Positions 36,373 through 50,138 of a stretch of 64,000 nucleotides of DNA are shown piece by piece. The notes under the pieces were generated by a model that made no database searches, was not told the DNA's origin, and was given only the letters and a program-made list of their open reading frames with translations. The stretch lies in contig NC_045696.1 in NCBI RefSeq assembly GCF_009834535.1, positions 24,492,001 to 24,556,000 on the forward strand, given 5' to 3'. A program made the position numbers and the translations under genes. This stretch comes from Camelus ferus (lineage: Eukaryota). How positions within the stretch are numbered: position 1 is the stretch's first letter; every line of letters starts with the position of its first letter.

Positions 36373-38149
36373 AGATATAGGTCTAAGAATAAAGCTGTGT
36401 ATAGTCTTTCTTCAATTTGGACCTCCAGAAATAAAGAACTTAGGGTCTGAACTCCAAAGGATATCATGTAAGCAGAAGTCAGAATTGAAAGCAGCTGCTC
36501 TGAGTCCAGTACAAGCAGTACTAAAAATTGCTTAACCAAGTCAGTAATCACCTACGACTAAGCAACACCCAGGGACCAGACGTGTACTCTATTTAAGTGG
36601 ATGCCGCCCTGTTTGCATAATCCCTTTCCTTCTTATAATCGCACCTCAGACACACATTTAACGTGCTCGACTCTCCCCACCCTCTTGTAGGAAGCAGGTT
36701 TCCTGAGGAGAACTACATTAACTCTTTCATCCTAGTAGGGATTAGAAAGAAGTTTGACCTCAATATCTTTTTCAATGTGTTCATTACAAAGAAACTCTTT
36801 AATAAAAGATCCCCAAGCCTAAGCTGATTCATTATAAGCAGAAATTGGATGACCAGGGGTCCAGTAAAACAGAACAAAGCAGATAGTCCGTAGAGAATGT
36901 TAGGACAATATATGTACTAGAAATAACCAGTTTCTATCCACAGTCATATGAAATTCTTTCAGTCTTGGTCCCGATGTCTCCAAACCTCAGCTCAGAAGCT
37001 AACTGTGTTCCTTTCACCACCATTAGCAGCCAGGCGTATTTAACCAGTGCTGCGTGGTTCCAATCCCTGATTGCACTAACTTAACCAAGGCTTCACCCAG
37101 GTGAAGCAGAAGACGGCGCTTGAGTAATATGCCGTCTGTCCCAAGTCAAATACTTGGGATGCAATTGCACACGAGTTTTGTGTCATCTGGAATTAATCTC
37201 TTTGGTAGCATAGGCAATGAATTATTGATATAATAAGTTGGCTCAAAAAATAGTGTGATTCAAATGATAACAAATACAAAAGATACCTACTGTTTTCTGT
37301 CTTTCTTATTTCAAATTCACCTTTTGTACTGGTTAACTCTAGACCAGACACTTCTTCTCTATATGCTCAAAAGAGGTAGAGTCCTTTTGAAGAGTGCAAG
37401 ATCTATAATCCAAAGAGATTTATTTAAACTCACACAACAATTAATGAGACTCAGGATTATGATTATTCAGAGATGTCTGGCCCAGACAGCATAGATTATT
37501 GCCCCTTCCTAGCTAAACTCCAAATACATGTGACAGGAAAATATGACTACAAAGATGGATGGCCATCCTCTTTCCTGATGACTCTCACAGAGCTGCTGTG
37601 TCTGATGACTGTGATGAAAGGGATACAGTTAGCTTCTAGGCTGAAGTTTGGAGACATCTAGACCGACTGAAAGAATTTCATAAAAAGACTAAAAACAGAG
37701 ATTGATTATTTTTAGGACACATGATGATGAAGCACAGAGACTCGAAGGAGTGGTCAATCTGCCCATTACCTCCTCAGAGTTCCATTGAGATCCCAACTCA
37801 GCTCAGGGCTTGGTTCATTCCTCCTGTATCTTCTCCTCCACCCTCACCTCTCTTCTACAAGACGTTCTTCTCTGGGTGATCCACAGGCATTTCAACTCAA
37901 AAAAGTTGTTCCTCAAGTTTGGGGACTGATTGCTTCAGCATATGTGCTTTCAGTTCTACTCAATTTGAAATAAGTAATTCAAATTGCCCTTGAAGTTAAA
38001 TCTTGATAGAAATACAGTAAGGGTTTGAGAAAGGGCCCTGTCAGTTACTGTGTAGAGGGAAGGTTATCCTGGATTTCACAGTGCACAGACTAATATTATC
38101 AATCACTGGAATAGTAAAACCAACTTTGAGTATAATCTATAATAAAAAA

Positions 38150-38217
38150 AAATCACTATGTTTAACACCTGAAACTAATATAATACTGTAAGTCAACTAT
38201 ACTTCAATTAAAAAAAA
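38150..38217 (+). mobile_element. Severely 5'-truncated L1 3' tail
   Basis: aatcactatgtttaacacctgaaactaatataatactgtaagtcaactatacttcaatt(A)n is an artiodactyl-type L1 terminus. Confidence 0.8.
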
Positions 38218-39020
38218 GCAGCAAGCCAGCTTTCTTTCTCCTTATTTTTGTCCACCAGTCCTTCCAGTCTTTGCATTTGCGCTTTTCTCTGTGTGGGGAA
38301 TATTGGTCCCAATGTTCTTTACTACACAAATTCCTACCACGCCAAGCAAAACTCTTCAGAATGTTGTCTGTTGCCTATCCTACAGTAGGTGTTCAAAACA
38401 CACTTTGAACATCCAAAGCGTAAATGATTTTTAGATGAAAGAGTGGGGGAATGATAAGGAGAGAATCTGAAGAGAGTTCTTAAGGGCGCCTGGGAGCAGT
38501 TCAAGCTCGTTCAAGGATGGTGAAAGATGTGGTGACGTGTTCTTCTGTAAAAAGTGTAAGGGATTTTACATAATATCAGCTTCTCTGAAGAGAAAGGCCA
38601 GATGAATCAGAGGTGTGTTTCAGCACACTCGGGGGATTGTGATAGGCTACTTTCCGTCTTTCTCAGAGTAAGGTACCTGTGATGCAATTAACGTACTCTG
38701 ACTTGTGTCTCTCCCCTCAGTGTTGGGGGGCTCATGGGGGGTCAAAAGTGGAGGTTATTAGGATTTCATTACATGTTTTTACTTAAAAGACTTGCTTTAT
38801 TAACTGTCAAGGGCTTAGAATAAGATATACATTTCTCAAAGTTACAAAGACAAAGGGAGAAAAAAGTGAAAACTAGAACCAAGATTCTACTAAATATGAC
38901 TACTAAATTACTAGGAAAAGCAAAATGAACTACATTTGGATTACACTCAAAGATAAACTATACTTGAATTCTCTTTCTGATTTCTATTCATTTTCTTTTA
39001 CTTTTTATTTTATTTTACAG

Positions 39021-39058
39021 GAAGTTTCTAATTTTGAGAATGCAAAACCAAAAAGGAA
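39021..39058 (+). CDS. SAMSN1: Coding exon 3 (EVSNFENAKPKR+)
   Basis: Long polypyrimidine tract ending ttttacag|, donor GAA|GTAAGT, 38 nt, phase 0-2. Confidence 0.82.
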
Positions 39059-40549
39059 GTAAGTCAAATTTACTTTGAAAACTCTGTATTCTCTTAAGTT
39101 TGGTAATGTTGAATGAGTATTCAGGTGGGTTTCCTGCCAAAGTGCTTTTTAAAAAATTGTCATGTACAAATCCAGGTATGTTTTACTCTGCTACCACTTA
39201 TGTTTATGCTGATGCATAGAAAACCTATGTTGTGACATTCCTGTAGACAGGGATGTGAAAATTACATTTTCAGAAGAAGAAACACGTGTCTAAACTAGGC
39301 TCTGATTAAAGTGGGAGCCTACTCGAAAACATGTTTCTATCGGTGACCTACTAATCTTCTGAGAGTTCTTCTAATCCAAATAAAAATGTGTTTGCAAAGA
39401 GATTTGGGTTATTTAGGTCAGGCTTGGCTTTATATTCAGCACATCAAGCTGCCAGAGGACGTGACACACACATGTTGCATAAGGTAATGGGATTTTTAAC
39501 TAATAAGCAGGAAATGCATAGGGGCAGGAAGTTGGTTTATGGGGAAATTTCCAGATTGGTTGCCAATGCTACAGGAGAATTGGCTTCCTTGCACTCCAGC
39601 ATGGTCTGAGACCGAATTGTTAATATGTGCACTTCTTTCTGCATGTAGGCTTTTTCGACAGTTTTTGCTTCCCCTGCCCCAACACCTCCTCTCCCAAAGC
39701 ACTTTGTGCTTTCATGTTCCTTCCTCCCTTTCCTGCTCAAAGCTTTCTCCCAGTAAGGATATAAAATGCATCCACTGTAAGTAGGTAATTGCATGATTAA
39801 CAGCTTAGAGCACCTGCCAGGCAAGGCGAGTTGTATTTCAGCCCAGTTAGCAACTTAAACTGCAGCAGTGGCATTAAGCATGTGCAGGAGTAAAGAAGGA
39901 ATTTTTTAGCAGGGCTCTTAGTCTTAAAAATCGCCCCACCTGTGTAGCTGTTTACTGTATCCCTGGATAAGGAACTGACTAATCCCAAATCAAATACTTA
40001 AACAAAATCACAGCTCTTGGCTTATGATTGGTGCTTCTACAGATGAGATGATACCCAAACATGGAAGGGCAGAGGAGGATGAATGAGAGGGAAAGTACCT
40101 GGTGCTTACTGAATGTGGATTTTTCAAATCAGTAAAATAAATCAAACTTAAACCAAATCAATGAATGCGTTCTTCAGACCCCAACGAGCTAAAATCAAAT
40201 TGAAAGCTCTCTTGAGTTCCTCAGTTCATTGGTCTACCACTCCCCTCATGGTATGCACCTACTTCACTTTATCATATTACAAATAGGTTTTAGGGAACAT
40301 TTGCTGTTTTGCCAAGTAATGTTCTGTATAAGCATTTTTGAATTTAAAAAAAATTTAAAACAAACCAAAGTGGTTAGGAAAAAAAGAAACATTACCTTTG
40401 CAGGTTTTTGAAAAGAATGTGAATAGTGACAAACATTCAAGCTGCAGCAAAGTTAGTTAGTTCTATGTACATGTGTGAGTTCACCTAATGTGAAAATTGG
40501 TTAACGTGGGTGAGTCAGTATAGCCCTATCCTCTGTTTCTGTCTTAGAC

Positions 40550-41570
40550 ATTTTACTATGGCAATTTTCAATTATACACAGAGGAAGAAATAATGATGAG
40601 CTCACGTCACCAAACTTAAACAAATATCAATTTATAGTCCATCTTATTTCATCTCGACCCATTTGACTCCACTCTCCCACCACCACTAAGGTTTTTATTT
40701 TTTTAAAGCAGATCCCATACATCTGATTTCATGTTTCAATATATATCCTTAAAAACAAGAACTGTTTTTTTTTAAACATAACCAGATTACCACTACTGCA
40801 CTAGAACAAAATAAAGAAAAACAACATAATATCACCAAATATAGTCAATGTTAAAATGTCTCTGATAGCCTCAAGTGCTTTTCTATAGTGGTGAGTTTAT
40901 TTGAATCATAATCCAAACAAGATCCATGCAATGCATTTCATTCATGTCTCTTCATTTATAGGCTTCTCTCCTCATTTATTTGTTAAGGAAACTAGATTGT
41001 TTAGAGGAATTTTTCATATTTTGAATTTTACTGATTGCATCCTTGGGTTTTTTGGGGTTTTTTTGTTTTTTTTTAAAACACGTGTTCTCTCCTCTGTTTC
41101 CCGTAAGTTTTCAGTTAGATCTTGAGGGCTGATAAGATTCAAGTTTGCTATCTATCTCTCTATATTTTAAAAGTAGGTCATCAGTGACTGTACTTGCTGT
41201 TGCATTACCCCAGAAGCCCATATAGCTGGTTGTCTCTATCTTTATGACTGTGAAATTGCTTCGTGGATTCAGATGGTATCAGACTGATCATCCAGCACAA
41301 AGTTGCCCATTGGCCTTTCAGTTAAAAGCTTGGACAGCAATTGGTGATTGGAAATAATAACTGCCCAGAGTTACTGTTTTATTAGGGATTATACAATGGT
41401 TATATTCAATTTGTAACATTATTTCTGTATTTATTGAACAGAATTATTTTTATTTTATTTTTTTTATTTATTTTGTTTGTTTGTTTGTTTTGAACAGAAT
41501 TATTTTTAAAAGAACTTTTCCACATTAACTATTTAGTTACCTTGAGAAAAATTTATGTAAAAATGGCCTA
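40550..41570 (-). mobile_element. L1MC-type 3'UTR
   Basis: Antisense motifs aaagcagatcccatacatc, ttgaatcataatccaaacaagatccatgcaatgcattt, ttgaattttactgattgcatcc. Confidence 0.75.
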
Positions 41571-41823
41571 TTCTTTTTTGGGGGGGGTGGTTATAAGTGT
41601 TAGTTTCTCCCTATCACATGGAAATTTGCAAGCCAAGATTATACTTGTATAAATTGTACTTTGCTATCTAGGGTCAGGAAAATTCAGGACCATATGTAGA
41701 ACTTAAGAGGTAGAATTTATTTCTGCTCTTCAAGGCATTGCACACATGTTTGGGTGATCTATGTTTCATTTAAAATATAATTTATTAAATCATGACTTAA
41801 ATATGTTTCTTTTGTTCTTCTAG

Positions 41824-41861
41824 GTCAATCCAGAGATCTATGTCTGAAAGCAAAGTATTTG
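41824..41861 (+). CDS. SAMSN1: Coding exon 4 (K-SIQRSMSESKVF+)
   Basis: Acceptor ttctttttgttcttctag|, donor TTG|GTTAGT, 38 nt, phase 2-1. It continues the frame from exon 3. Confidence 0.78.
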
Positions 41862-43591
41862 GTTAGTAATTCAGAATACTATTCATGCAAATGTTATGTT
41901 CTATTTGTCTAAAAGTGACTTTCTTCTGATAATCCCATAAAGCAATAATAAGTGATTAATGAAAGTCAAATGATTTGTCTTTGAATTCATTAGAAGAAAT
42001 TTTTTTAAAAAAAGAAATGTGGTCCCATTCTAATTTTAAATGGCTATGACAAATAAACCATTGATTTATTCAGAATAATTTCCTTTCATATTAAAAAATA
42101 ATTCTTTACAGTGGTGTATCGGCTGATTATCTCCCAGCTTCCCAACTTTAGCTTGGTGACCTCTTAGATATCTTTTCAGATCTATGAATCTAGGAATGAA
42201 TAAAAGAAGCCAAAAATAGTTGAATTATAAAAGACTTTTTCAAGCATTTCAAGCTCCAGAGCTTTTCTTTAGTTTCTGTGATTATAGCAATTTACAATAA
42301 AAATAAAGATGGGTTGACTTACATTTTAATTCTAAAGTAAATATCTAATTATTTTTAGAAAGTTAATGGATGGTGTCTCTCCCTTACAGATACAGGGAGT
42401 CACTAATTACAAAACATTCACAGTGACAAAACAATTGGATTATTCAATCAATAATTCATTTTTGTGCAGTTTGTCACACTTGTGGGTACCTCTTTTTCTT
42501 TCTCCCCAGTAGAGCCTAGGAGTTGAATCTTCAAATGCCCTTCTCCCTCTTTTCAAAACCAGTTTCCTGGATAGAATATGAAAAGCTCGCTCAGGCAGAG
42601 TGATGATCACCACGGATGCATCTACCATGGGCATCTGAGTTTTAATTGGGTCTGATCCTCTTCCCGTGGCAGCATCTGTGGGGGCTGAGTCCCATCTCAC
42701 TAGTCAAGGCCCTGTGGCACTAGTTGCTAAATATTTTGAATATCAGCCTTGATTTGAAGATTGTATGTTCTTAAATAAAAGGAAGTAAGGCAAACTCTTA
42801 TTTTCCATTTATATATGCCACTCTCATAGCAAATTCAGTCTGTGCACACAAAACTCTAGATATTTCCATGCTGACATAATTCTTGATGATCACCTGCCTT
42901 CTCTGTAGTCAAATATGAGAGCAAATAGCGCCTTTAAAACCAGCACAGCATGTCGAGTTTGTTTCCGTGTGATGCTTTGGTTGCATTATTTAAAATTTGT
43001 TTCATCAGTGGTATGATACAACATGTAGGAGGATTAGTCATCTGTAAGCAGATTCAGAAGGATTCCAGCTCTTCATTTTGGGGCAGTTCAGTTCTTTACA
43101 ATGTGCCCAGACCTGCTCCAGCTGTTGGAAGGACGAGGCTGAGAAAATCATGGTTCTCCCAGTAAAGGATCTTAGAGTTTCTTGAAACTACCCCAGCTCA
43201 GTGTTCTCTCTACATACTTAATTATTTTATTAAAAACAATGAGGAATGTGGAGAGTGGGGCTACTTCAATTGATGTATAAAAAATAAATGGTTATTAATT
43301 CAGGAAAAATACATCAAAATAATGTAATCATAAGCTATCAAGAGGAATTTCAGCAGCAACCTTCTATTATATATGCTTGGGTCCTTATGTAGTTCATGGA
43401 AATAAATGGGAGCCCACAGGACATCTAGGGGTGTCCATCAGGGACCAGAACTCCCCAAAATGGACCACAACACTTAATATATCACTTACCAAGTTACAAC
43501 TTATGCTGAACTTGTCTGATACCAAATTTCTTACATTTACCTGGCAGATGTTACTGTAAATTCTGCTAACCTACCCTTTGCTTTATTTTAG

Positions 43592-43678
43592 AGGGAAAAA
43601 CTGTGAATGACACAATTTGGCAGGAACCCAGGACGCATGAGAATGATTCCCATATCAGAAGACTCTGTCAGCTAAAAG
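43592..43678 (+). CDS. SAMSN1: Coding exon 5 (E-GKTVNDTIWQEPRTHENDSHIRRLCQLK+)
   Basis: Branch-point-like CTGCTAAC at 43563, acceptor ctttattttag|, donor AAG|GTAATT, 87 nt, phase 1-1, open. Confidence 0.82.
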
Positions 43679-45149
43679 GTAATTGCTAAATTTAGTTTAG
43701 CTGACTTTGCATTTTCCTATAGTTTAAAGGGCAGGTAAGAAAAATTTACTTCTTTCTTCATTAAAATAAGCAGAGCATTGTGGTCTACTTAACAAGAAAA
43801 AACTAATAGAATAGAATGTATATATTATTAATAGAATATATGTGTGTGTGTAGATACACAGACATGCAGAAAGGAAGTGAAATCTAATTAAGTTACCTGT
43901 TGAAGCAAAGAATCAATTGCAAAATATTTGAAAGTCTTTAATGTCTACAAGGATGCAAAAATATATTAAAATTAGCACACACAAAAACCTTCTAAAATAA
44001 CGCTAATATATTAATGGTTGTTATTTTTAGGTTTTCTTAAAAATTAAAGAGAAAAAGCTTGATTATTAATGCAAGATTAAATACATTTTATCATTAAAAA
44101 AAGTCCCAAGAAGAGCAAATTAGCGGCCAGGTATAGGAAAATTTATTAATAATAAATGACTTCATAATTAAAATTACTTAACTTTGAGAAGGTAATGAAT
44201 AAAACAGTAAGTCTTAATAGTTTGCAAAGATAAACAAAAACATAAAAAGTTGATCTGCTTGGTATTCTCTCTACAATGTTACTGTAACAAGAAATAATTG
44301 CTCATATTAGTTATTGATTATTTATGAGTTTCTGATTTTTTTAATTAAAAAATATTTTTTAGTATTTTTGGACAAAGGGAATTGTAATGTACTTTTATAC
44401 TCAAGAGTTTAATGATTGGATTATACATTCTGCCCAGATTTTGCCTTTTGTTTTTTCACAGAGTTCATAGATTTACAAAGTAATTGTTTATGAAAATAAT
44501 AATTTTCCTTTGAAATATTTCAGTTTTATTCAGGATTGTATAATGTTTTAGTGATTAGTTTTAAGTTAATTTTAAAATATTTACAGTTTTCTCCATTATA
44601 AATAAATAAGTAGGTGAAACATTTGGGGATTATTTTAGATATTTTCTTTTAATTATAACATAGGAAATGTTTTACTAATATATTTTGATTGGATTCTGTC
44701 CTCACCTCATGGATGCCAGCTGTATTCATTCCCTAAGACAGACATTCATCCCCCTATCCATTCATCCCTCCACCTCTTCAATAAGCACATGTTACTTCTA
44801 GATTATTGTATATTTATCTATAAAGAATAAAGAAGGTATAACTATATTACAGATTATTTTTAGTTATGAATTTTTCCATAAACCTCTTCAAGTATTCTAT
44901 TTTCTTAAACTTTCTTTCTACAAAATATGGTGGTTTTTGTTCTTGTTTTTGTTTTTGCTTTAAATTTAGGAACAATTGGCAAATAGTTCTACTATAGCCA
45001 CACTGACAAAGCAGCAAAAAATCTTGGTCTGAAGAAAAGTGCTTCCGATTAGTGATCTGTTCTTTGTCCAAGAACAAAAATGACAGCCTTTATGGAAGAC
45101 TTTTCAGCTTTGACATGTCTCAGATCCTTAAGTGATTATGTGTTCGTGC

Positions 45150-45184
45150 TGTGTGTGTGTGTGTGCGCATGCATGTGCATGCAC
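45150..45184. repeat. (TG)n / alternating purine-pyrimidine tract
   Basis: tgtgtgtgtgtgtgtgcgcatgcatgtgcatgcac. Confidence 0.85.
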
Positions 45185-47383
45185 CTAAGAAGTTCAGCAG
45201 ACATTTCAGCAGGAGCAGCTGAGTCACAGGACATTTCCTAGGGATTAATGCTGTGCTAGAGAGAGTTGATGGCCTGAGACCAAGGCTGTCGTTGCCATTG
45301 TAAATTGAAGGGAGAAATTTAGTCGAAGAGAGAGGGCCACAGTTTGTGGACTTGAATTTTATGGGTGTAGTAGCTTCCTTTGAAGTCTCAGAGTATTTCT
45401 AAGCAATTAGTGCCCTACATATCAACCTACAATATTTCTTTCTCATTTTAAACACTATGTTTTAGCTGTTAGTTGCATAACGACTTAAGAGTGGTCTACT
45501 GTGCCTGAGGATAGGCTGTCCGTAAAGCTGATTGAAATAACGAAAGCAAGGTGCTTCGTCGCCCATGATTTTAGTGAATACTAGTGATGAAATGGTAAAG
45601 ACCGTCTTTCAATTAAACAGAAGAGACTATATAGGGAAATACAAGGTGGGAGTGATAGTGACTTCTAAAGAATCTATTACAAACTCTAAAACCACAAAAA
45701 ATGGCCCTTTCTCTCAATTTTCATTTCAAAATGGTATTTCCACGTGACATGTTATATTAACAGCATTTCAGTCCTAAAGAGTATTGGGCCTGATGAAGGA
45801 AACTTCCACAGGGTATATTTAGCCAAGGATTTGTGCCTGGAATTTTAATCCCTAAAGATAGTCACATACCCTGATAACATGACTGTGTTATGTTGGTTAA
45901 GACAAAATTTATCAGATTAAGTTGAGTGCTGGAAGCATTTTTAGTTTATCTACTCCATTTCCTTCTTCTAAGAATAATTTTATTTAAACCTACATCTCTG
46001 GTACTGAGACTACACCTGTTAAATAAGTGGAGGATAAATTGAGTCAGGACTTTACAATTGAAAGACTGGCATAGCTTTGATATCAAGGGAAATTAATCTA
46101 TAATTCATGTTAATTGTTTTCTTTCAGCATCATAAACAGGCAGAATATTCATAATATTCATTTCAGTAAATTAAAATCAATTTTAAAAAATCTTTAAATT
46201 TATTTTGGCCTTAGTTTTCTGAGGGGAAAAAAAGCCTGAAAAGAACAAACTTTGAAATCTATGAATTGGAATTTACCCAAGATCAAATTAAAATTTAAGT
46301 AAAGATATTTCCGAGAACAGAGTTTTCATTATTTTATAACAGAAAGTACAAAGAACAGAAACAAAGTAAAATTATTTAAAAAGTAATAAAAAGAAAACAA
46401 AACTTATTTGGAGATTTAGAGATTATTTTTTCAAACAGTATGACTGCGATACACTATTTTATGAAAACAGAAAATATGCAAAAGAAAAACTGGCATGTAA
46501 TAGTAAAGGATATAAGGGGCTGGAGAAATTCAGGAAGCATAGTTAGTAATGAAAAGAGAATTAATTCCACCCATACTGCTGCAAAATTATTCTTAAAATA
46601 AACCCTCTTTACATATGGTTTTGATGAGTCCATCATCAAAAAGAAAAAAGCCATTGGTAGAAGAGGATGTTAAGACCCTCCAGTTTAACAGTGGAAATTG
46701 CCATTAATTTGAAATATTCTTTCCTGGATCTAGTCAATATCATTACTGGGCCAGCCTCTTCAGAGTAAGCATAAGCATATAAATATTTCAGCTTAGTTTT
46801 TCTAGATCTTATTAATTCTTTTTCTTTATTGGCTCGATACCCTCATTTTCAAGATGTTAAATATATATAGCCACAAGTGTACTTACCATTCTGTTTAATT
46901 CTCAGGGACCAAAATTTGATTGAAAAATCATTTCTGAAGAGCATGTAATTTAACTCTGGTTAGACGGGACTACATGAGGAATGACAGAGAGAAGTCTGAT
47001 TTTACACCTGAATGTCTTGCTTACGATGCGGGAATAAACCTCCTGTGCAGAGGTTGCCCGCCCCTGTGGGCCTCTCTCACCTCCAAGGAAGCCTCTCCGA
47101 ATTGAATAATGATAACACTCTGAGTTCTAGTGTTTTGTACAAATGAGTCTTGGAATCCTTTCAATTCTTTAGGAGCGTTCTTACCTGAGTGTGGTCAGAA
47201 GTCTAATCTCCATTAGACTCACCTAAAAGCTGATTAGAAATATTGCCTTTTTTTTTTTTCTACTTCATCCCACTTTTTTTTCCTGCATCTGCATTTGAGA
47301 GGCAGTTGGAGTCTGAATGTGCACGTTGGATAGCGCATTCTTACATACATTGTCATTTGTGACCCACTTATGTAGTTCATGCA

Positions 47384-48000
47384 TGTACTAACAATCTACT
47401 GCTACAAACAAACCACCCCAAAACTTGATGACATAAAGCAGCATTTTATTCGGCCCATGGATTTTGAGGTCAGGGATTCAGTCAGGACAGTGCTTCACAA
47501 TGTCTGAGGCGTCCTCTGGGAAGACCTAAATGCTAAGGACTTAAATGTCTGGTGACTAGGATCACTTAGAGTTTTCTTCACTTACATGTCTGGGACCTGT
47601 CTGGGATAACCTGAGGCTGGGCTCAGCTGGGACTGCCAGCTGGAGAACCATTATGTGGCTTCTCTATGTAACCTGAGCTTCTCCCAGGCTAGAGGCTGGG
47701 TTGTGAGAGGGAGAGACGTGAGCGGGAGCGTCACACATCACACTGGGAAGTGTCTGGAGAGTGAGCATCCCAAGGGACCCCAGTAGAAGCTGCCAGGCTT
47801 CTTCTAACCTAGACTTAGAGGTCACAGAACATCACTTCCACTGCATGTTACTGTGACAAGCCAATCACTAAGGCCAGTCCAATTCAATAGCGGAGAATTA
47901 AACTCCATTTCTTGATGGAGGACAGCCAAGGTCACACTGTGGAAGAACGTGGGATGAGGGAGATATTGTTGTGGCCATCTTTGGAAGATATAATGTGCAT
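47384..48000 (-). mobile_element. MLT1 (F/G-like) LTR
   Basis: aacaaaccaccccaaaacttgatg...gaggtcacagaacatcacttccactgcat...gtggccatctttggaagatataat. Confidence 0.85.
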
Positions 48001-48209
48001 AGTACCCAATTCAATGACTGCCTTTATTGCTGCTGAGGATCAAATTGCTTCTCTCTTTATAAATGTTTTCTTGGAAGGGTAATATTGAGGAGATGACAGA
48101 TAAATAAAATGTGTAAGACTACAAAACAAAGGGCTAATCTTCATGAAATGCCATGTTTCTGGTGTCCCTTTCTTGGTCCAAAACCCTCAAAAGTCTCCCA
48201 TCTTCTAAG

Positions 48210-48530
48210 CAAAGGCCACAAATGGGTAGCTTTATAAATGTATTTATTTTGAGAAAAAGCTGGTTTGGGGCATACAGTATATTAAAATTCAGGAAATTTT
48301 ACGTTAAAATTCAAATAGTTATACTCCCTTGAGAAACATGAGGAGAATTGACAATCCTGGGTCCGGAGTCTGAGGTGATTTCAGTTGAGTGAGCTGAGAT
48401 CCATGGCTGCCCTTTAGCCATGGTGGACCTGCCCCTCGCCACACGCCTCCCAGTGCCTCCCTGACAAAATTCGCTTCGCTTAGTTAAGTTACTTATATGA
48501 CTTCCTTAGATATTTATATTTGCAACATTG
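48210..48530. mobile_element. hAT-Charlie (MER102/MER58C-like) remnant
   Basis: Degenerate TIRs caaaggccacaaa ... tttgcaacattg. Confidence 0.5.
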
Positions 48531-48534
48531 GTCT

Positions 48535-48965
48535 CATGGGTTATGTCCAAATTCCTCCACCTGGTACTCAGGGCTCATTAAAATTCCTCCTCACTCACCT
48601 ACCCAGCCTTGCCTCCTCTGGTGCAATGTCTAGAATTGCCCTCTGACCTGATCAATCTCAATCTCTACATTTAATTAGACATGTTTCACTTCCTGCACAC
48701 TACAGGCCAGTGTTCATGGCATTGCATTTGTATTTGTAACTTTTCCTTTTCTTCTACTTTTCCAAACTGTCAGCCTTCTTCAAGCTTCCACGGAGGCCCT
48801 GCCTCTTGCACGAGTGCTCTGGGTCACGGGGCTGTCTCCCCACCGTGTGTCCCCATCACTCATTTTGCTGCCTTGCATTGTTGCGTAAGTGATGGCCCTG
48901 ACTCAGCTGCTCCCAGATTTGAGAGTACAGGAGTCTACTTCACTGTTCTTTTCCTGTACTCAGAA
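48535..48965 (+). mobile_element. L2 3' region fragment
   Basis: Pyrimidine-rich sense L2 motifs (atgtccaaattcctcc, cacctacccagcct, ccagatttgagag). Confidence 0.45.
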
Positions 48966-49809
48966 GAATAATTATAGAGGGAGCGCTCCAAAATTCAGGG
49001 TAAAGGGATCAAAAAAAGGGAAGCGATGAAAAGGAATAAAGGAACAGAAGAATTTTTTCTAAATACAGAGACTAAAACATTTTTAAAAAGGCAGTAAAAA
49101 CTCTGCTTCTAGCCTTCTAACCTTGTGACGGATGGCAGCTCTTGCTTCAAAGAGCCACATCACAAAACCAGCTCATTTTAAAATTTAAGTATTTTCTGGA
49201 ATCTTGGAGTGTGGTTACTCTGATTTGAAATATTAAGTCATTGGTGGCAATAACTCTGAGCTGTGAATTTAGCATATCTTTTAACCAGAGCTATATTGGG
49301 AGTTTGGAGAAAAGCCTGCTCCGCTTTTTCATTGTGCATGGAAGGTGGGCCTTGCCTGCTCCTTCCTCCCCCATAGAATATAAGAAAGAGGAAGAGTGGA
49401 AAATTGAAGTAGTGACTAGAAGTAAAAAGGAGTGAAGGTGAAAGAAAAAGTCATCGGCCTGGTGGCCAGGAGATTTCTGTGGTTCTCAGTATCCTCATCC
49501 ATAAGCGAAGGGGCTTCGGTTAAGTGATCCATAAAAAGTCCTGTCTCGGTCCAGCACAGGGTATAGTCCAGATTTAAATAAATGGAGCCTCTTTTACAGG
49601 GCCTGACAGGGAAATGCTACTATCTTTTGAAAAGGTTTCATTTAGCTGCAAGCAAATGGATGACACATTCCAAAGCTTTTGCCAAAGCATGCAGAGAACA
49701 ATTTCAACATAAATAATTCATGCTGAGAAGACATAAACTAATGAAGCTCAAAATGCCAGGGGTGGGAAACTCGGTTTAACAGAAACAAGTGAGGTGATAC
49801 CTTCATGGA

Positions 49810-49930
49810 ATCGCAGCATTTTGGAGGTAGAAGTGGTTCACTGGCTAAGATGCTACTCTTTTATTAGTGGGAAGGAAACTGAGTCCCAGAGAAGTTCCAT
49901 GATTTGCCCAAGAACACAGCTGGTCAGTAG
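49810..49930 (-). mobile_element. MIR fragment
   Basis: aaggaaactgagtcccagagaagttccatgatttgcccaagaacacagctggtcagt. Confidence 0.7.
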
Positions 49931-50138
49931 TATTCTTCGTTTTTATTGTGTTACATTTCTATTTTATTTGCACCTATTTCTGGTAAGAAGAGCGTATCTT
50001 CAAGAAAGTAAACACTTATGGTCTAGTCAATATAATGCATTAATAGACTAAGGAAAAATTTTATGAGTATTCAGTTGCACTTAAACTTCTTAAACCTCGT
50101 AATTCCTGGTAATGTCTATGTGACACCTCTTTTCATAG

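Noticed and set aside
5175..48907. Scattered AP-1/ARE (TGAGTCA) and single STAT (TTCN3GAA) motifs
   Set aside because: The counts are about what chance gives for 7-9-mers in 64 kb, and there is no independent support.
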